In this document: positions 1 through 12,454 of the stretch, piece by piece
Position numbering within the stretch: the first letter of the stretch is position 1
How the letters are laid out: each line of letters opens with the position of its first letter
NCBI GenBank assembly: GCA_051313645.2
Contig: JBNRSN020000029.1
Coordinates: forward strand, 23,126,001 to 23,190,000
DNA: 64,000 bases
Reading direction: 5' to 3'
From: Centroscyllium fabricii
Taxonomy: Eukaryota
Notes under the pieces: generated by a model
What the model saw: the letters and a program-made list of their open reading frames with translations, nothing else
What the model was told of the DNA's origin: nothing
Database searches by the model: none
Program-made: the position numbers and the translations under genes

Positions 1-99
1 CCACGTGGTGAGGGTAGTTCCACAGTGCTGTGAGGTCCATAGCTGGTGCCGAGATCAATGCCAGGTGCTCCATTCGGTTTAATTCTTATTATTGTGTTT

Positions 100-385
100 T
101 GTCGTGACTTGTTACAACGGAATGGCTTGCTAGGCCATTTCAGCATCAACTAGATTTCTGTGGGCCTGCAGACACATATTGGCCAGACCAGGTAATGGCC
201 GCAGATTTCCTTCCCTGAAGGACATTAGTGAGACAGATCGGTTTTTATGATGACCTGATAGTTTTCCTTTTTATCCCGGATGTATTTAATTAACTGAATT
301 TAAATTCCCCAGCTGTCATGGTGGCGATTTGAACTTGCGTCTCTGGATTACTAGTCCAGTAAAATTGCCACTCTGCTACCATTCC
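100..385 (-). mobile_element. tRNA-derived SINE fragment (same family as 51470-51875)
   Basis: The reverse complement (..TTACTGGACTAGTAATCCAGAG..GTTCAAATCGCCACCATGACAGCTGGGAATTTAAATTCAGTTAATTAAAT..GGAAGGAAATCTGC) matches the copy at 51470. Confidence 0.65.
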
Positions 386-1114
386 CTACTTGTTACAAAC
401 TGAGTGCAATCTATCTGAGAACTGAGTTAACACAACGTTTCAAAAGCTGGATCTACAAGATGTCCAAGACTGACAGGACAGGGAATTCTATTATATCGCA
501 GGGTCCACTTCAACCATCCAGGGCAGTGACCCCCTGAGATGTTGGATTATAACCGATGGGAAAATTCTGATAATCTGCTATTGTCACGAGTCAAAGCAGC
601 ATTGTTACTTTAACATCACTTCAATCAAACTCAGTGGCAATCCGATCTCCAAAGGGAAACGTCTCCTTAAAGCTGACGGTGTCGGCAGTTCTGCAGCTCA
701 TTTCTCACTGCGAGCGTGTCAGAATGAAAAGCTTTAACAGCTGCCGATGTTCCACAAAGAGAGACCTCACCAGACCAAAGGACATTGGTGGAGTTTAATG
801 GGCTGGTTTTGTCACTGAGCTACAGGAGGCTATTTTTAACAGAAGGAAAACTGGTCACAGCAAACAGGCACTAACAGACTCCCTGATCCACTCTAACCCA
901 TGCCTCTCTCTCACTATTGATGGACACTGCTGCAGTAATTGCTCCTCTGACCTTTCCTCTCTCATCCCTCCTACATCCCTAAAACACAGCCAGACACAAT
1001 CTACCTCCACCTACATCCTCACTGTGCTGAGATCCACACCAGACTCCCCATCTGCTCCTTGTTCACACCATGGATCCTATAACTGCTGATCTCAGTCTTC
1101 ACATCCTACATAAG

Positions 1115-2580
1115 AAGCATAAGTATTAGGGGCTCGAGTAGACCACTCTGCCCTTCGAGCCTGCTCCGCCATTCAATAAGATCATGGCTGATCTTCTATC
1201 TCAACTCCACCATCCCGCACTATTCCCATATCCCTTGATTCCCTCAGAGTCCAAGAATATATCAATCTCTGTCTTGAATATATTCAACGACTGAATCTCC
1301 ACAGCCCTCTGGGGTAGAGAATTCTAAAGATTTACAATACTCTGAGCGGAGAAATTTCTCATCTCAGTCCTAAATGGCCGATCTTTTAATCTGAAACTGT
1401 GACCCCTACTGCTAGACTCACCAGCCAGGGCAAGCATTATAAAATCAGAATGGTTACAGAATGGAAGAAGGCCACTCGGCCCGTGCCAGCTCTCTGCAAG
1501 AGCACTTCAGCTAGTCCCACTCCCCTGCCCTTTCCCCGTAGCCCTGCAATTTTTTTCCTTCAGATACTTATTCAACTCCCTTTTGAAAGCCATGATTGAA
1601 GCTGCCTCCAATACCCTTTCAGGCATTGCATTCCAGATCCTAACCACTCGCTGTGTACAAAAGTCTTTCCTCATGTCACCTTTGGTTCTTCTGCCAATCA
1701 TCTTAAATCTGTGACCTTTGGTTCTCCACCCTTCTGCCAATGGGAACAGTTTCTCTCTCTCTACTCTGTCCAAACCCCTCATGACATTGAACACCTCGAT
1801 CAAATCTCCTCTCAATCTTCTCTGCTCTAAGGAGAACAACCCCAGCTTCTGCAGTCTATCCACGTATCTGAAGTCCCTCATCCCTGGAATCATCCTCTCA
1901 GTATCTAGCCTGTCAAGCTGCTTAAGAATTGTATATGTTTCAATGATATCACCTCTTATTCTTCTAGTATGCTCAATCTCTCCTCATAGGACAATCCCCT
2001 CCTCCCAGGAACAAGTCTAGTAAACCTGTGTTACATTCCCTCGAAGGCAGTATATCCTTCCATGGGTTAAAGAGACCAAAACTGTACACAGTACACCAGG
2101 TGTGGCCTCACCGAGGCCCTATATAATTGGAGTAAGATTGTTTTACTCTTATACTCTAACCCTTTGTAATAAATGCTAACAGGCCATTTGTTTTCCAAAT
2201 TGCTTTGCTTGCATGTTAACTTTCTGTGATTCTTGTAGATGGACACCCAGGCCCCTCTGAAAACATCAATTCCCAGTTTCACATCATTTCAAAAATATTC
2301 TGATTTTCCATTTTTCCTGCCAAAGAGGATAACTTCACATTTTTCTACATTATACTCAATCTCCCACCTTCTTGCCCACTCACTTAACCTGTCTACATCA
2401 CTTTGCAACCTCCTTGAATCGTCCTCACAACTTACTTTCCCATCTAGCTTTGTGCCATCTGCAACCTTTAACACATTATACTCGGTCCCCTCATCTAAGT
2501 CATTGATTGATTATAAATAGTTGAGGCACAAGCACTGATCCTTGTGGCACCCCACTAGTTACAACCTAGCAACCCGAAAA
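1115..2580 (-). mobile_element. Stacked CR1 LINE 3' fragments (three pieces)
   Basis: ORFs 1507-1893, 2067-2282 and 2289-2474 give CR1 RT C-terminal motifs (LGLFSLEQRRLRGDLIEVF, VRPHLVYCVQFWS, ADGTKL). A CR1 3'UTR tail lies at about 1115-1200. Confidence 0.85.
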
Positions 2581-3152
2581 TGGCCTACTTATTCCTACAC
2601 TTTGATGTGAAACAGCGATTTACTTGTTCTTCTTTCAATTTAGTGTACTGTATTCTCTGCTCACGATGTGGCCTCCTCTACATTGTGGAGACCAAACAGA
2701 GATTGGGTGATTGGTTTGCAGAACACTTTCGTTCAGTCTGCATGATGCACAATCAATTACTACCAGTCGATGGTCAGATGTAATCGAGGCTTTTATTGAC
2801 ATAGAAATGGACACAGGTCTGACGATCGTCCAAGCCGAAGTGAAAGCACTCAGGTGTGCTGGCACTCTTATACTCAGTGGGCGGAGCCTGGGGAGGAAGC
2901 CAAAGAGCGGGGTCCTCCCAGGTGAGTTCTCCCTGGCAAGAAGGCGTTACAGTACAGTTACAGGGAGGGGACACAAGGGGGAGACATATATACAATATAT
3001 ACAAGACAGTGGTTTAAAAAAATGACGGCGGGGGTGAAGAATCTTTATTTTCAAAGGTTAAGTCTTTCTGGTGGTCTGATCTGCTGAAGCGACCGTCACG
3101 GTGCAGGTCTTGGAGTCGATCCTGGGGTTGCCGGCCGTGCTGGCTCTAGCGG

Positions 3153-4211
3153 TTATAGGACTTCCGGCTGTGTGGTGTCCTCCAAAGTCGGTGGTGGTGC
3201 AGTCGTGGAGGGGTGGGTGTTGTGCATCGTTCGATCCCGGGTCTCCGGCGTGCCATCTATAGGAGCTGTAAAAGAACCAGACGACAGCGTCTCGTGAAGG
3301 GGAACGGTGGTGGGGGTGGGGGGGGCCGCGGTCTCTGGGGCACCCGATGGCGCAAGATCTCGAATGGAGACTGTGTCCTCCCGCCCGTCCCGGAATGCCA
3401 CGTAGGTGTACTGGAGGTTGGCGTGGAGGTGCTGTACCCTTTCTACCAGGGGATCTGTCTTGTGGGCCCTCACGTGTCTCCGGAGCAAGACAGGCCCTGG
3501 GGACGTCAGCCATGCTGGCAGCGAGGTCCCAGATGCAGACTTCCTGGGGAAGCAAAACATCCGCTCGTGAGGGGTGGCATTGGTGGCGGTGCAGAGCAGT
3601 GACCTAATGGAGTGGAGGGCATCTAGGAGGACCTCCTGTCAGCGGGAGGTGGGGAGGCCACTGGACCGTAGGGCGAGGCTGATGGCCTTCCAGATGGTAC
3701 CGTTCTCCTGCTCAACCTGCCCGTTGCCCCGGGGGTTGTAGCTAGGGGTCCTGTTCATCGCAATCTCTTTGGACGTCAGGTACTGGCGCAGCTCGTCACT
3801 CATGAACAACGACCCCCTGTCTGTGTGGATATAGTTGGGGAAGCCGAACATGGTGAAGATGCTGTGCAGACACCTGATGGTCATGGCTGTGGTCATGTCA
3901 GGGCAAGGGATTGCGAAAGGGAAGCGTGAGTACTCGTCAATGACTGTGAGGAAGTACCTGTTCCTGTTGGTGGAGGGGAGGGGGCCCTTGAAATCGACGG
4001 TCAGTCGTTCGGAGGGGCTGGTGGCCTTGACCAAACTGGCTCTGCTTGGTCGAAAAAAATTTGTTTTGCACTCCGCACAGGTCAGGCAGTGCCTGGTGAT
4101 GTCCCAGACGTCCAAAACGGAGTAGGGCAGGTTGCGGAACTTCACAAAGTGATAGAGCCGGGTGACTCCGGGGTGGCAGAGGTCATTGTGGATGGACTGC
4201 AGTCTATCCAC
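3153..4211 (-). pseudogene. Gypsy integrase (broken into two ORFs)
   Basis: Shows HHCC (HNDLCHPG..CLTC) and the core motifs VDFKGPLP, HTDRG and GNGQVEQEN. Confidence 0.92.
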
Positions 4212-4281
4212 TTGTGCACTGGCTCAGGTTCCATGGGATAGTGCCGGACCGGTACAAGATGTCATAATTATAGGTGGACAG

Positions 4282-6036
4282 TTAAATTCTCCACTGGAGG
4301 ATTTTGTCATTTTTTATTTTACCCCGCTGTTTGTAACTAAACATGAAAGCCACCGACCGCTGGTCAGTGAGCAGGGTAAATCTTCTACTGGCCAGGTAGT
4401 GTCTCCAGTGCCGCACCGCTTCCACGATGGCCTGGGCCTCCTTCTCCACTGATGAATGCCTGATTTCAAGGGCGTGGAGGGTGCGGGAGAAGAAGGCTAC
4501 CGGCCATCCAGACTGGTTGAGAGTGGCGGCCAGGACAAAGTCAGAGGCATCACTTTCCATCTGGAACGGGGCGGATTCGTCCACAGCATGCATGGTCACC
4601 TTGGCGATGGCTGCCTTGATGCTGTCGAAGGCTGTACAAGCCTCGTTCGACAGGGGAAAAGAGGTGGATATCAGGAGGGAGCGGGCTCTGTCAGCGTACT
4701 GGGGAACCCATTGGGCATAATACGAAAAGACGCCCAGGCACCTTTTCAGGGCCTTTGGGCTCTGTGGCAGGGGAAGCTCCATGAGGGGGCACATGCGTTC
4801 GGGGTCCGGGCCAATTACCCCGTTTGCCACGACGCACCCCAGGATGGCAAGGCGGATGGTGCGGAAAATACATTTTTCCTCATTATAGGTGAGGTTGAGG
4901 CGCTTGGCAGTCTGGACGAATCTGGCCAGGTTCGCATCGTGGACCCTCATGTCGTGGCCACAGATGGTGACGTTGTCGAGGTAGGGGAAGGTAGCCAGCA
5001 GCCCGTTTTGGTCCACCATCCGGTCCATCTCCTGCTGGAAGACCGACACGCCATTGGTGACTCCAAAAGTGACCCTCACGAAGTGGTAGAGACGGCCATT
5101 CGCCTCAAAGGTGGTGAAGTGGCGGTCTCCAGGGTCGATGGGGAGCTGATGATATGCCGACTTCAGGTCAATCATAGAAAACACCTTGTACTGTGCAATC
5201 TCATTGACCATGTCTGAGATGCGAGGCAGGGGGTATGTGTCCAATTGGGTGAAACGGTTGATCGTCTGGCTGTAGTCGATGACCAGGTGGTGTTTGGTGC
5301 TGGTCTTGACGACTACAACCTGGGCTCTCCAGGGGCTGTTGCTGGCCTCGATGATCCCCTCCCTCAGTAGCCGCTGGACCTCAGACTTAATGAAAAGTCT
5401 GTCCCCCGTGCTGTAGCGCCTGCTTTTTGTAGCTATGGGATTACAGTCGGGGGTGAGGTTAGCAAATAGTGAGGGAGGGGCGACCTTAAGGGTCGAAAGG
5501 CTGCAAACGGTGTGGGGTTCACGCTGTGCAAACTGCTGGCCACAGATGGTCAACAGGGGGAGGGGGCCACTGTATTTCATGATTACGCTGTCGAGATGGC
5601 TCTGAAAATTAAGGCCCAGTAGGACGGCAGTGCAGAGGTGAGGGAGGACCAACAGTTTAAAATGGTTATACACAGTACCCCGCACCTTAAGTGTAACCAC
5701 GCAAAGACAAACGACTTCCGTCGTCGCGGTGTTGGAAGCGATTAGAATCCACTGGCGTGTGGGGAGTACCATGAGGGAAAGCCTCCGTACCATGTCCAGA
5801 TGTATAAAACTTTCGGTACTCCCCAAATCAAAAAGGCAGTTAACCGCCCGGCCATTTACCTCAATGTCCATGGTGGATCGCGCCAGTTGGTGGGGCCGGG
5901 TCTGATCCAGCATGATCGATGCGAGTTGTGGGAGTTGCAAGTCGTCCCGTGGATCACTCCCAGTAATCAAGTGTGGCAGTGTCCATCGATCGCACGCAGC
6001 TGAGTAGGCCTCAAAATGGACGCCCTGTGGGAGCAA
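4282..6036 (-). pseudogene. Gypsy pol: protease-RT-RNase H
   Basis: Motifs are LFDLGS (protease, degenerate), IDLKSAYHQ, YLDN (RT), ESDASD and LLTDQ (RNase H). A frameshift precedes the integrase. Confidence 0.92.
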
Positions 6037-6149
6037 ACGCGGTGCTGATGCAAAATGGTTGCCTCCATGTTCGCTGTGTGGAGGGGGGAGGGTGTAAGAT
6101 GGCCGCCTGACCCAAAATGTCCGCCCCCACGTTCACCACGTGGAGGTGA

Positions 6150-6935
6150 GTGCTGGCTGCCCCAAAATGGCCGCTCTGGGAGGGGGAGGGGATGGTTTGC
6201 TCTTGCAGTCTGCTGCATAATGTTCCTTCTTCTTGCAGCTGGAGCACAGCGCATCTTGTGCAGGGCAGCGCTGCCTGGGGTGTTTCGTCTGCCCGCAGAA
6301 ATAGCACTTCTGGGATCAGGCCACTGCTGCGGACGTGAGTGGGGGTGCAGCGGTGGTCGTCTCGACGGCCCACGGGGTCAGCGCCCGCGCCCCATGCTGG
6401 TCGTAGGCCTCTCTTGCATGTGCGCCATCTCCAGCGATTCCGCTAGCGCTTCAGCCGCTGCCAAGTCTATATTGCTCTGCTCCAGCAGCCGCTGGCGAGT
6501 ATAGGTTGACTTGAGTCTGGCCACCAGTGCATCCCTGAGGATTATGTCCTGGTGCTGGTTGGCCGTTAGCGGCCTACAATTGCAGGCGCGCATGAGCGTT
6601 CGCAACGCTGCCATAAAGTTCATGAAGGACTCACCAGGCTGTTGTTTCCTGTTTATTAGTAGATGCCTGGTGTAGATTTCATTCATCGGGGCGGTAAAAC
6701 AAGCTTTTAAGATGTCCAGGGCATTCCTGTAGGTCGTTTCGCCCTCGATGAAGCTGAAGAGTTCAGGGCTGACCTGGGCCCGCAGGACTTTGAGTTTCCA
6801 CTGTTCTGTGTCCACGGTCAGGCGGGATTCTTCGAGGAAGGCTTCAAAGCAGGAGACCCAGTGCGTGAAGGCCCGCTCAGTGCCTGCTGATCATGGGACG
6901 AGGTCGAGTCTTTCGGGTCTCAGGAACTTTTCCAT
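6150..6935 (-). pseudogene. Gypsy gag (interrupted)
   Basis: The start reads MEKFLRPERLDL followed by an in-frame stop. ORF 6378-6815 is capsid-like, and a zinc-knuckle remnant (C..CKKKEHYAADC) lies near 6210-6250. Confidence 0.8.
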
Positions 6936-7879
6936 CTTCTTATTTTTTGTAGAAACTATGTCAATAAAATTGATGCACAATCAATTACTACTAGTCGATG
7001 GTCAGATGTAATCGAGGCTTTTATTGACATAGAAATGGACATAGGTCTGATGATCATCCAAGCCGAAGTGAAAGCACTCAGGTGTGCTGGCACTCTTATA
7101 CTCAGTGGGCGGAGCCTGGGGAGGAAGCCAAAGAGCGGGGTCCTCCCAGGTGAATCCTCCCCGGCAAGAAGGCGTTACAGTACAGTTACAGGGTGGGGAC
7201 ACAAGGGGGAGACATATATACAATATATACAAGACAGTGGTTTACCACACTGCAACCTTGACCTTGAGATTCCAGTCGCCTGTTACTTTAATTCTCCGCT
7301 ACACTCCCAGCCTGACCTCTCTATCCACGGCCTCCTGCACTGTTCCAATGAAGCTCGAGTAAACTTGAGGAACTGCTTTCACATCTTTCAATTTTGCACT
7401 TTATCGCTTTCTTGACTCAGCATCCAGTTCAACAATATCAGATCATACCCCATTATTTCGGCAGCAGCTGTTGTTAATGATTCTGCTATTGCCATAAACA
7501 CCTCCCCTAGACCTAACTTTGGTTTCTTTACTTGTCCCACTACCATCCTCTTGTGTCTTGCATCATCATCCCCTTTGTAATTTCATCTCTCCTGTCTTCC
7601 ACTCTATCACAGACCTTCGCTATTGTTCTTTCCTCTTCTAACCCCTTTCCCTACCTCTGCACCCACTTTCCCTGCTTCTGTATTTGCTTAAAACTTGATG
7701 CATCTCTAACTTTTACCAGCTCTGATGTAAGATCAATAAGATGAAAGATTAACTCTGTTTCTCTCTCCACTAATGCTGCCTGATCTGCTGAGTATTTCCA
7801 GCATTCTCGGTTTTTATTTACTCTGTCCCTCTTCCTCTGACACTGTCACTCGTCTTATGCTCTTCCGCTCTCTTTCTCT

Positions 7880-8290
7880 CAAAAAAAACATTCTCCATTC
7901 ACTCATGGGACTTTCAATGGCGGGACTGTTCCCCAGCATGCTGCGCGGGGGAGAATATGCCCCCCAATATTTGGAGCATGCAGTGTGACTGTGATCAGGG
8001 CCGTGTTTGAGTTGGAAGTCGAGAGCGGCTGCAGACGTGTTTATTACGAATCAGGAGGTAAAGCACCCGGCGGGTGGGTTTCATTAGTACCTGGTGTCGG
8101 CCGAAAACTCCAAATAAGAACCTACAGGTTCCGCGTTTGGAATTGCGCGGCTTGTTCCCGGTAACATGCACTGCTTAACGGTCGATATCTTTGTAAAGGA
8201 AAGCTGCTCGGTTCAGCTTGGCGCCATCTTGATACATCGAGTGGTAGAGTTCATGCGCTGCCATCTTTGTAAAGGATCAAGGAGTTGGGG
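7880..8290 (+). promoter_or_regulatory. CpG-rich putative promoter/first non-coding exon of the downstream ZNF locus
   Basis: CpG-dense stretch with YY1-like GCCATCTT twice (~8223, ~8260) and a candidate donor GAG|GTAAAG near 8057. This call is inference only. Confidence 0.3.
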
Positions 8291-8329
8291 GGGACCTCAG
8301 TGTCCCAGAAACCTGGAGAGAAAGTTATT

Positions 8330-9092
8330 GGCCGAAACATTTGGGTTAGAGGCTTCCCACGAGTGCAAGCCTTCCAGCGACACTTAGGGAGCACGCCTGC
8401 CGTTCCCTAATTCCACCGCTTCAAATCCTGACCCTGGGATTTGCGACAGATCGACGCACCGCGATCGTGCCTCTGAACGTCCGAGTGAGTGCGAGGAACG
8501 CATGGGATCACGTGGGCCACGGGGAGCCAATCGGAGCAAAGAATGCTCCATTCATGAGTTTGACAGGAAGACCTCACAGGAAGACCTGAAACTTATGAAT
8601 TACTACAGCCCCAAAACCACACTCATTCGTTAAAAAAAAAATTTAAGTCACATTTTTAAAAATGACTATCAATCACATAAATTAGCTATTTTAAACATAA
8701 AATTAAAATTGTAAAAACATTATTTAAGTATTTAACGGGTCTAAAACCAATTTACCTTTAAATTATTTAAAATTGAAAAATCTGTGGATTTTTTTTTTCA
8801 AATTGAATAAAATAAAGACTTACCTGATGAAATCCACTCTTTGCGCTTGAAAATATCAGCCGTAAAGTTTTCAAATGCTTACCCTGATACAAACCTGTGA
8901 AAAAAATCGGAAGTGCATTGCGCACCCACTGGTGCGCACACGAACGCATTCGGACATCTGACCCCTTCTGTCCCTGGATCAGAATTGCCGGCTTCACACG
9001 CATGCGCGCTGCATGCCGGAATCCGGCAATTCCGATGGGCCCGCGCATGAGTGCACCATCCGTACTCACGTTGGGCCGTGAATTTCTGGACC
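8330..9092. mobile_element. Non-autonomous TIR element (PIF/Harbinger-like MITE), copy 1
   Basis: Flanked by ATT at 8327-8329 and 9093-9095, with degenerate GGCC.GAAA/TTTCTGGACC ends. Homologous to 9104-9827 and (inverted) 47422-48141. Confidence 0.7.
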
Positions 9093-9103
9093 ATTGATTC
9101 ATT

Positions 9104-9827
9104 GGGCCAGAGACTCGGGTTGGAGGCTTCCCGCGAGTGCAAGCCTCCAACCCACACTTATGGATAGCGTTATGTATTCCAACATTCTGAAGTCCTGATC
9201 CAGGAGCCTGCTGAGAGAGTCCCGCGCCGCGCTGCCACATCTTAACATCGGAGATAGCGCAACGCTCCATGGGGAGCCAATCGGAGAAAAGAAAGCTCCA
9301 TTCATAAGTTTGACAGAAAGACCTGTCAAACTTATAATTTACTACAGGCCCCAAACCGCACTAAACATAAAAATATATATTTTTAAATCACACTTTTAAA
9401 AATAACTATACATGACACAATAAAGCTATTTTAAACAAAAATTGTGAGAAAATAATTAAAGTCTTTCACGGGGCTACAAATCAACTTACCTGTCTTTAAA
9501 GTTTAAAAAAATGAAAAACCTGTAGGAAAAAATGTTTAAATTGAAATAAATAAACTTACCTGATGAAAAGGGATCTTTAGGGATGAAAGTATCAGCCTAA
9601 CTTTCCCGATACATACCCTGATAAAAAATGGAGAAAAACATTTGGAAGTTCATTGCGCACCCCCTGCCGCACACGCAACATGCCGCGCCTCCTGACCCCT
9701 TCTGACAGGGATTCGAATTGCCGGTTTCGCACGTATGCGTGATGCATGCTGGAAACCAGAAATTGCGATGGCCCAACGCGTGAGTACACCATCCGTACTC
9801 ACGCGTTGCTGGCCGAATTTCTGGGTA
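9104..9827. mobile_element. Harbinger-like MITE, copy 2 (head-to-tail with copy 1)
   Basis: Begins ATT|GGGCCAGAGACTCGGG and is colinear with copy 1 throughout. Confidence 0.7.
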
Positions 9828-10139
9828 AATGGTTTTATTCTCTCTCTGCACACAGGGGCTTTCTCACCATCTTTTTGAAGCCGCAGGGAAGGGCCGGGTT
9901 ATGGTTGCAGCCCACAGAATTGTAAAACATGGGCCCCAAACGTGGCCCCCTTGTGCTCAGAAAAGATCCCTGAGACCAGTCTTATTTCAATAAGGCGAGC
10001 AGAAGAAGTTGAGGTGAAAAGACAGCGACCTGAAACGTTACCTCTGTTTCTCCCTCCATAGATGCTGCCTGAGTATTTCCAGCAGTGTCTGCTTTTTCTT
10101 CAATTTTCCAGATGCCGCAGTATTTTACTTTTGTACCAG

Positions 10140-10345
10140 TATAGGACTGAACCCAGCCAGGGTCAATACCTTCAGGGGAGGAGAGAGAGGTGAACCAGTG
10201 AGTGTAAAACTGAACCCAGTCAGAGTCAGTACCTTCAGGGGAGGAGAGAGAGGAGAACCAGGGAGTGTAAAACTGAACCCAGTCGGAGTCAGCACCTTCA
10301 GAGGAGGAGAGAGAGGAGAACCAGTGAGTGTTGAACTGAACCCAG
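10140..10345 (+). repeat. ~60-bp tandem repeat (3-4 units) in a probable 5' exon of the ZNF locus
   Basis: The unit is AACTGAACCCAGTCAGAGTCAG(T/C)ACCTTCAGGGGAGGAGAGAGAGGAGAACCAG. A candidate donor CTG|GTAACG follows near 10367. Confidence 0.7.
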
Positions 10346-10554
10346 CCAGAGTTGGTGGTGAAAACTGGTAACGGAGGACAAACAGCCGTGAGACATGCAA
10401 TGTGTTTGAATTTTAGAATAGGGAGGAGGGTCAATGTGCGGGATGGTAATTTACAGCTTTGGAGGAACGAGAGGAAAGAATAGAAACTAGAATTGTCTTT
10501 TTTGAATTTCTGTCCCGTACTTAAACTGATGACTTTTGTAAACTCAATTTACAG

Positions 10555-11578
10555 GGTATTAGAAGGGGAAGATTTGTAGTTGGGAAACTCAAACCAAACA
10601 TCACGTCAAGATCTGACAGAATCACTCGAATCATCAGGACATGATTGTCGTCATCATTTGAATGTGGAAGGAGAAATGTTTGTCTGTTGGAAAATATTTC
10701 AAACTTCAGTGCGACTGAAAAAACACAGATAGAAACCCGATTGAGAGTGTTCCAGTGCACTGACTGTGGAAAGAGCTTCAACCAGTTAGACAGATTGAAA
10801 AGATATGCAAGATTCACTGTGGGGAGAAACTATACACTTGTTCTGTGTGTGGGCGAGGTTTCAACCAATGGTCCAACCTGGACAGACACAAGGACACCCG
10901 AACCACGGAGAAACCGTGGGAATGTGGGGACTGTGGGAACGAATTCAATTACCCATCTGAGCTGGAAACTCATCGACGTGCTCAAACTGGGGAGAGGTGG
11001 TTCACCTGCTCTGAGTGTGGAAGGAATTCGTTCAGTCATCTGCCCTGCTGACACGCCAGCGAGTTCACACTGGGGACAGACCATTCACCTGCTCTGAGTG
11101 TGGGAAGGGATTCGCTCAGTCATCCATCTTGCTGAAACACCAGCGAGTTCATACCGGGGATAGACTGTTCACCTTCTCCCTGTGTGGGAAGGGATTCATT
11201 CAGTCATCTACCCTGCTGATACGCCAGCGAGTTCACACTGGGGAGAGGCAGTTCACCTACTCTCAGTGTGGGAAGGGATTCCTTTTGTCATCCAGATGGC
11301 TGGCACACCAGCGAGTTCAATCTGGGGAGAGACCGTTCATTTGCTACATTTGAGGGAAGGGATTCACTGAGTCATTCCAGCTTGTAAATCACCAGTGAGT
11401 TCACAATGGGGAGAGGCCGTACACCTGCTCTGCGTCTGGGAAACAATTCACTTAGTCATTCGACCTGCTCAGGCACCAGCGAGTTCACAGTGGGGAGAGA
11501 CTGTTCATCTGCTCTCAGTGTGGGAAGTGATTCACTCGGTCATCCAACCTGCTGAAACGCCAACGAGTTGATGAGTGA
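10555..11578 (+). pseudogene. C2H2 Krueppel-type zinc-finger pseudogene
   Basis: Acceptor TTTACAG|GGTATTAG, then roughly 10 fingers with [16 protein letters not shown] linkers. There are several frameshifts, stops and lost Cys/His residues. Confidence 0.9.
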
Positions 11579-12454
11579 CTGCAGGGGTTGGATTCTGCTG
11601 TTGTTGCTGCTGCTAATCACATCCAGGACTGAACCGTGTTCATTCTGACAGCTGGAGTTTGTTTCTGCTGATGTTAATAACCCCTATAAATGGGCTGGTG
11701 TTTAATATTTTAATATTTCAATTAACATGTGTGTCGATATTTGATGCCTCCAAGATAAGAGGATACTAATCAATGACGTGTTTCATTTTTGGACCTTTTT
11801 CTCCTTTCGAGCTCTAGATTATTTCAGTTCTCATACCTTCAGTTACTCTCATGGACAAGTCCCAGCTCCCCACAGTTTCCAGAGTGCCTCTCCTAGCCTT
11901 GATATCCAGGAAGGCCTCAGTAACATGCCCGGGATCACTAAATACAAAACTCTGTTAATCACTTTCAGCTACTGGACTTAACGTCTGCCCCACAACATCT
12001 ATCTCACCTTCATTTTGTGAAGAGTGCATCACACCTGCAAACATGGTTTCAATTTAAATGTGAATCCACTCAGCAACTGTATTGAATACAAAATATGTAC
12101 AAGGCAACAGATCACATCAGATAATTGGCAAAGGTTCAGAGTCAACAAGATGAACAAGTAAACACATCATGGCCAAAATACCCCAGCTATGTAGTCACAG
12201 GAGAAAGTCTGCTATCTAACTCCTCAAGTGGACAGAATAGAGAAATATACCAACCCTAAGAACATCTAAACATTTTTGTAAATACCTTTCCATTCCTGAC
12301 TGGTACAATCTGTCATTTTCCTTTCAATTGAAACGAACGGAAGTTGAGAGCGGGTTGGAGAGTAGAGGTGAAAGAGAAGTTGGGGTGAGGAAGGGGATTT
12401 GGAGAGTAGGGGTGAAAGTGGAGTTGGGTTGTAGCAATAAACCATATGTTTGTT

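Larger units (their letters stand above)
2743..7249 (-). mobile_element. Full-length, degenerate Ty3/Gypsy LTR retrotransposon
   Basis: LTRs are 2743-~3016 and 6971-7249 (TG..CA). TSD CTGCA sits at 2738-2742 and 7250-7254. The order is gag-PR-RT-RH-IN. Confidence 0.95.
2595..7820 (+). mobile_element. Penelope-like element fragment (GIY-YIG endonuclease) split by the Gypsy insertion; parts 2595-2742 and 7250-7820
   Basis: FTCSSFNLVYCILCSRCGLLYIVETKQRLGDWFAEH continues after the Gypsy as DLEIPVACYFNSPLHS..DLSIHGLLHC. It ends in the Penelope-type terminal repeat (CTGATG..GAAA..TTAACTCTGTTTCTCTCTCCAC..GCTGCCTGA.CTGCTGAGTATTTCCAGCA). Confidence 0.75.
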
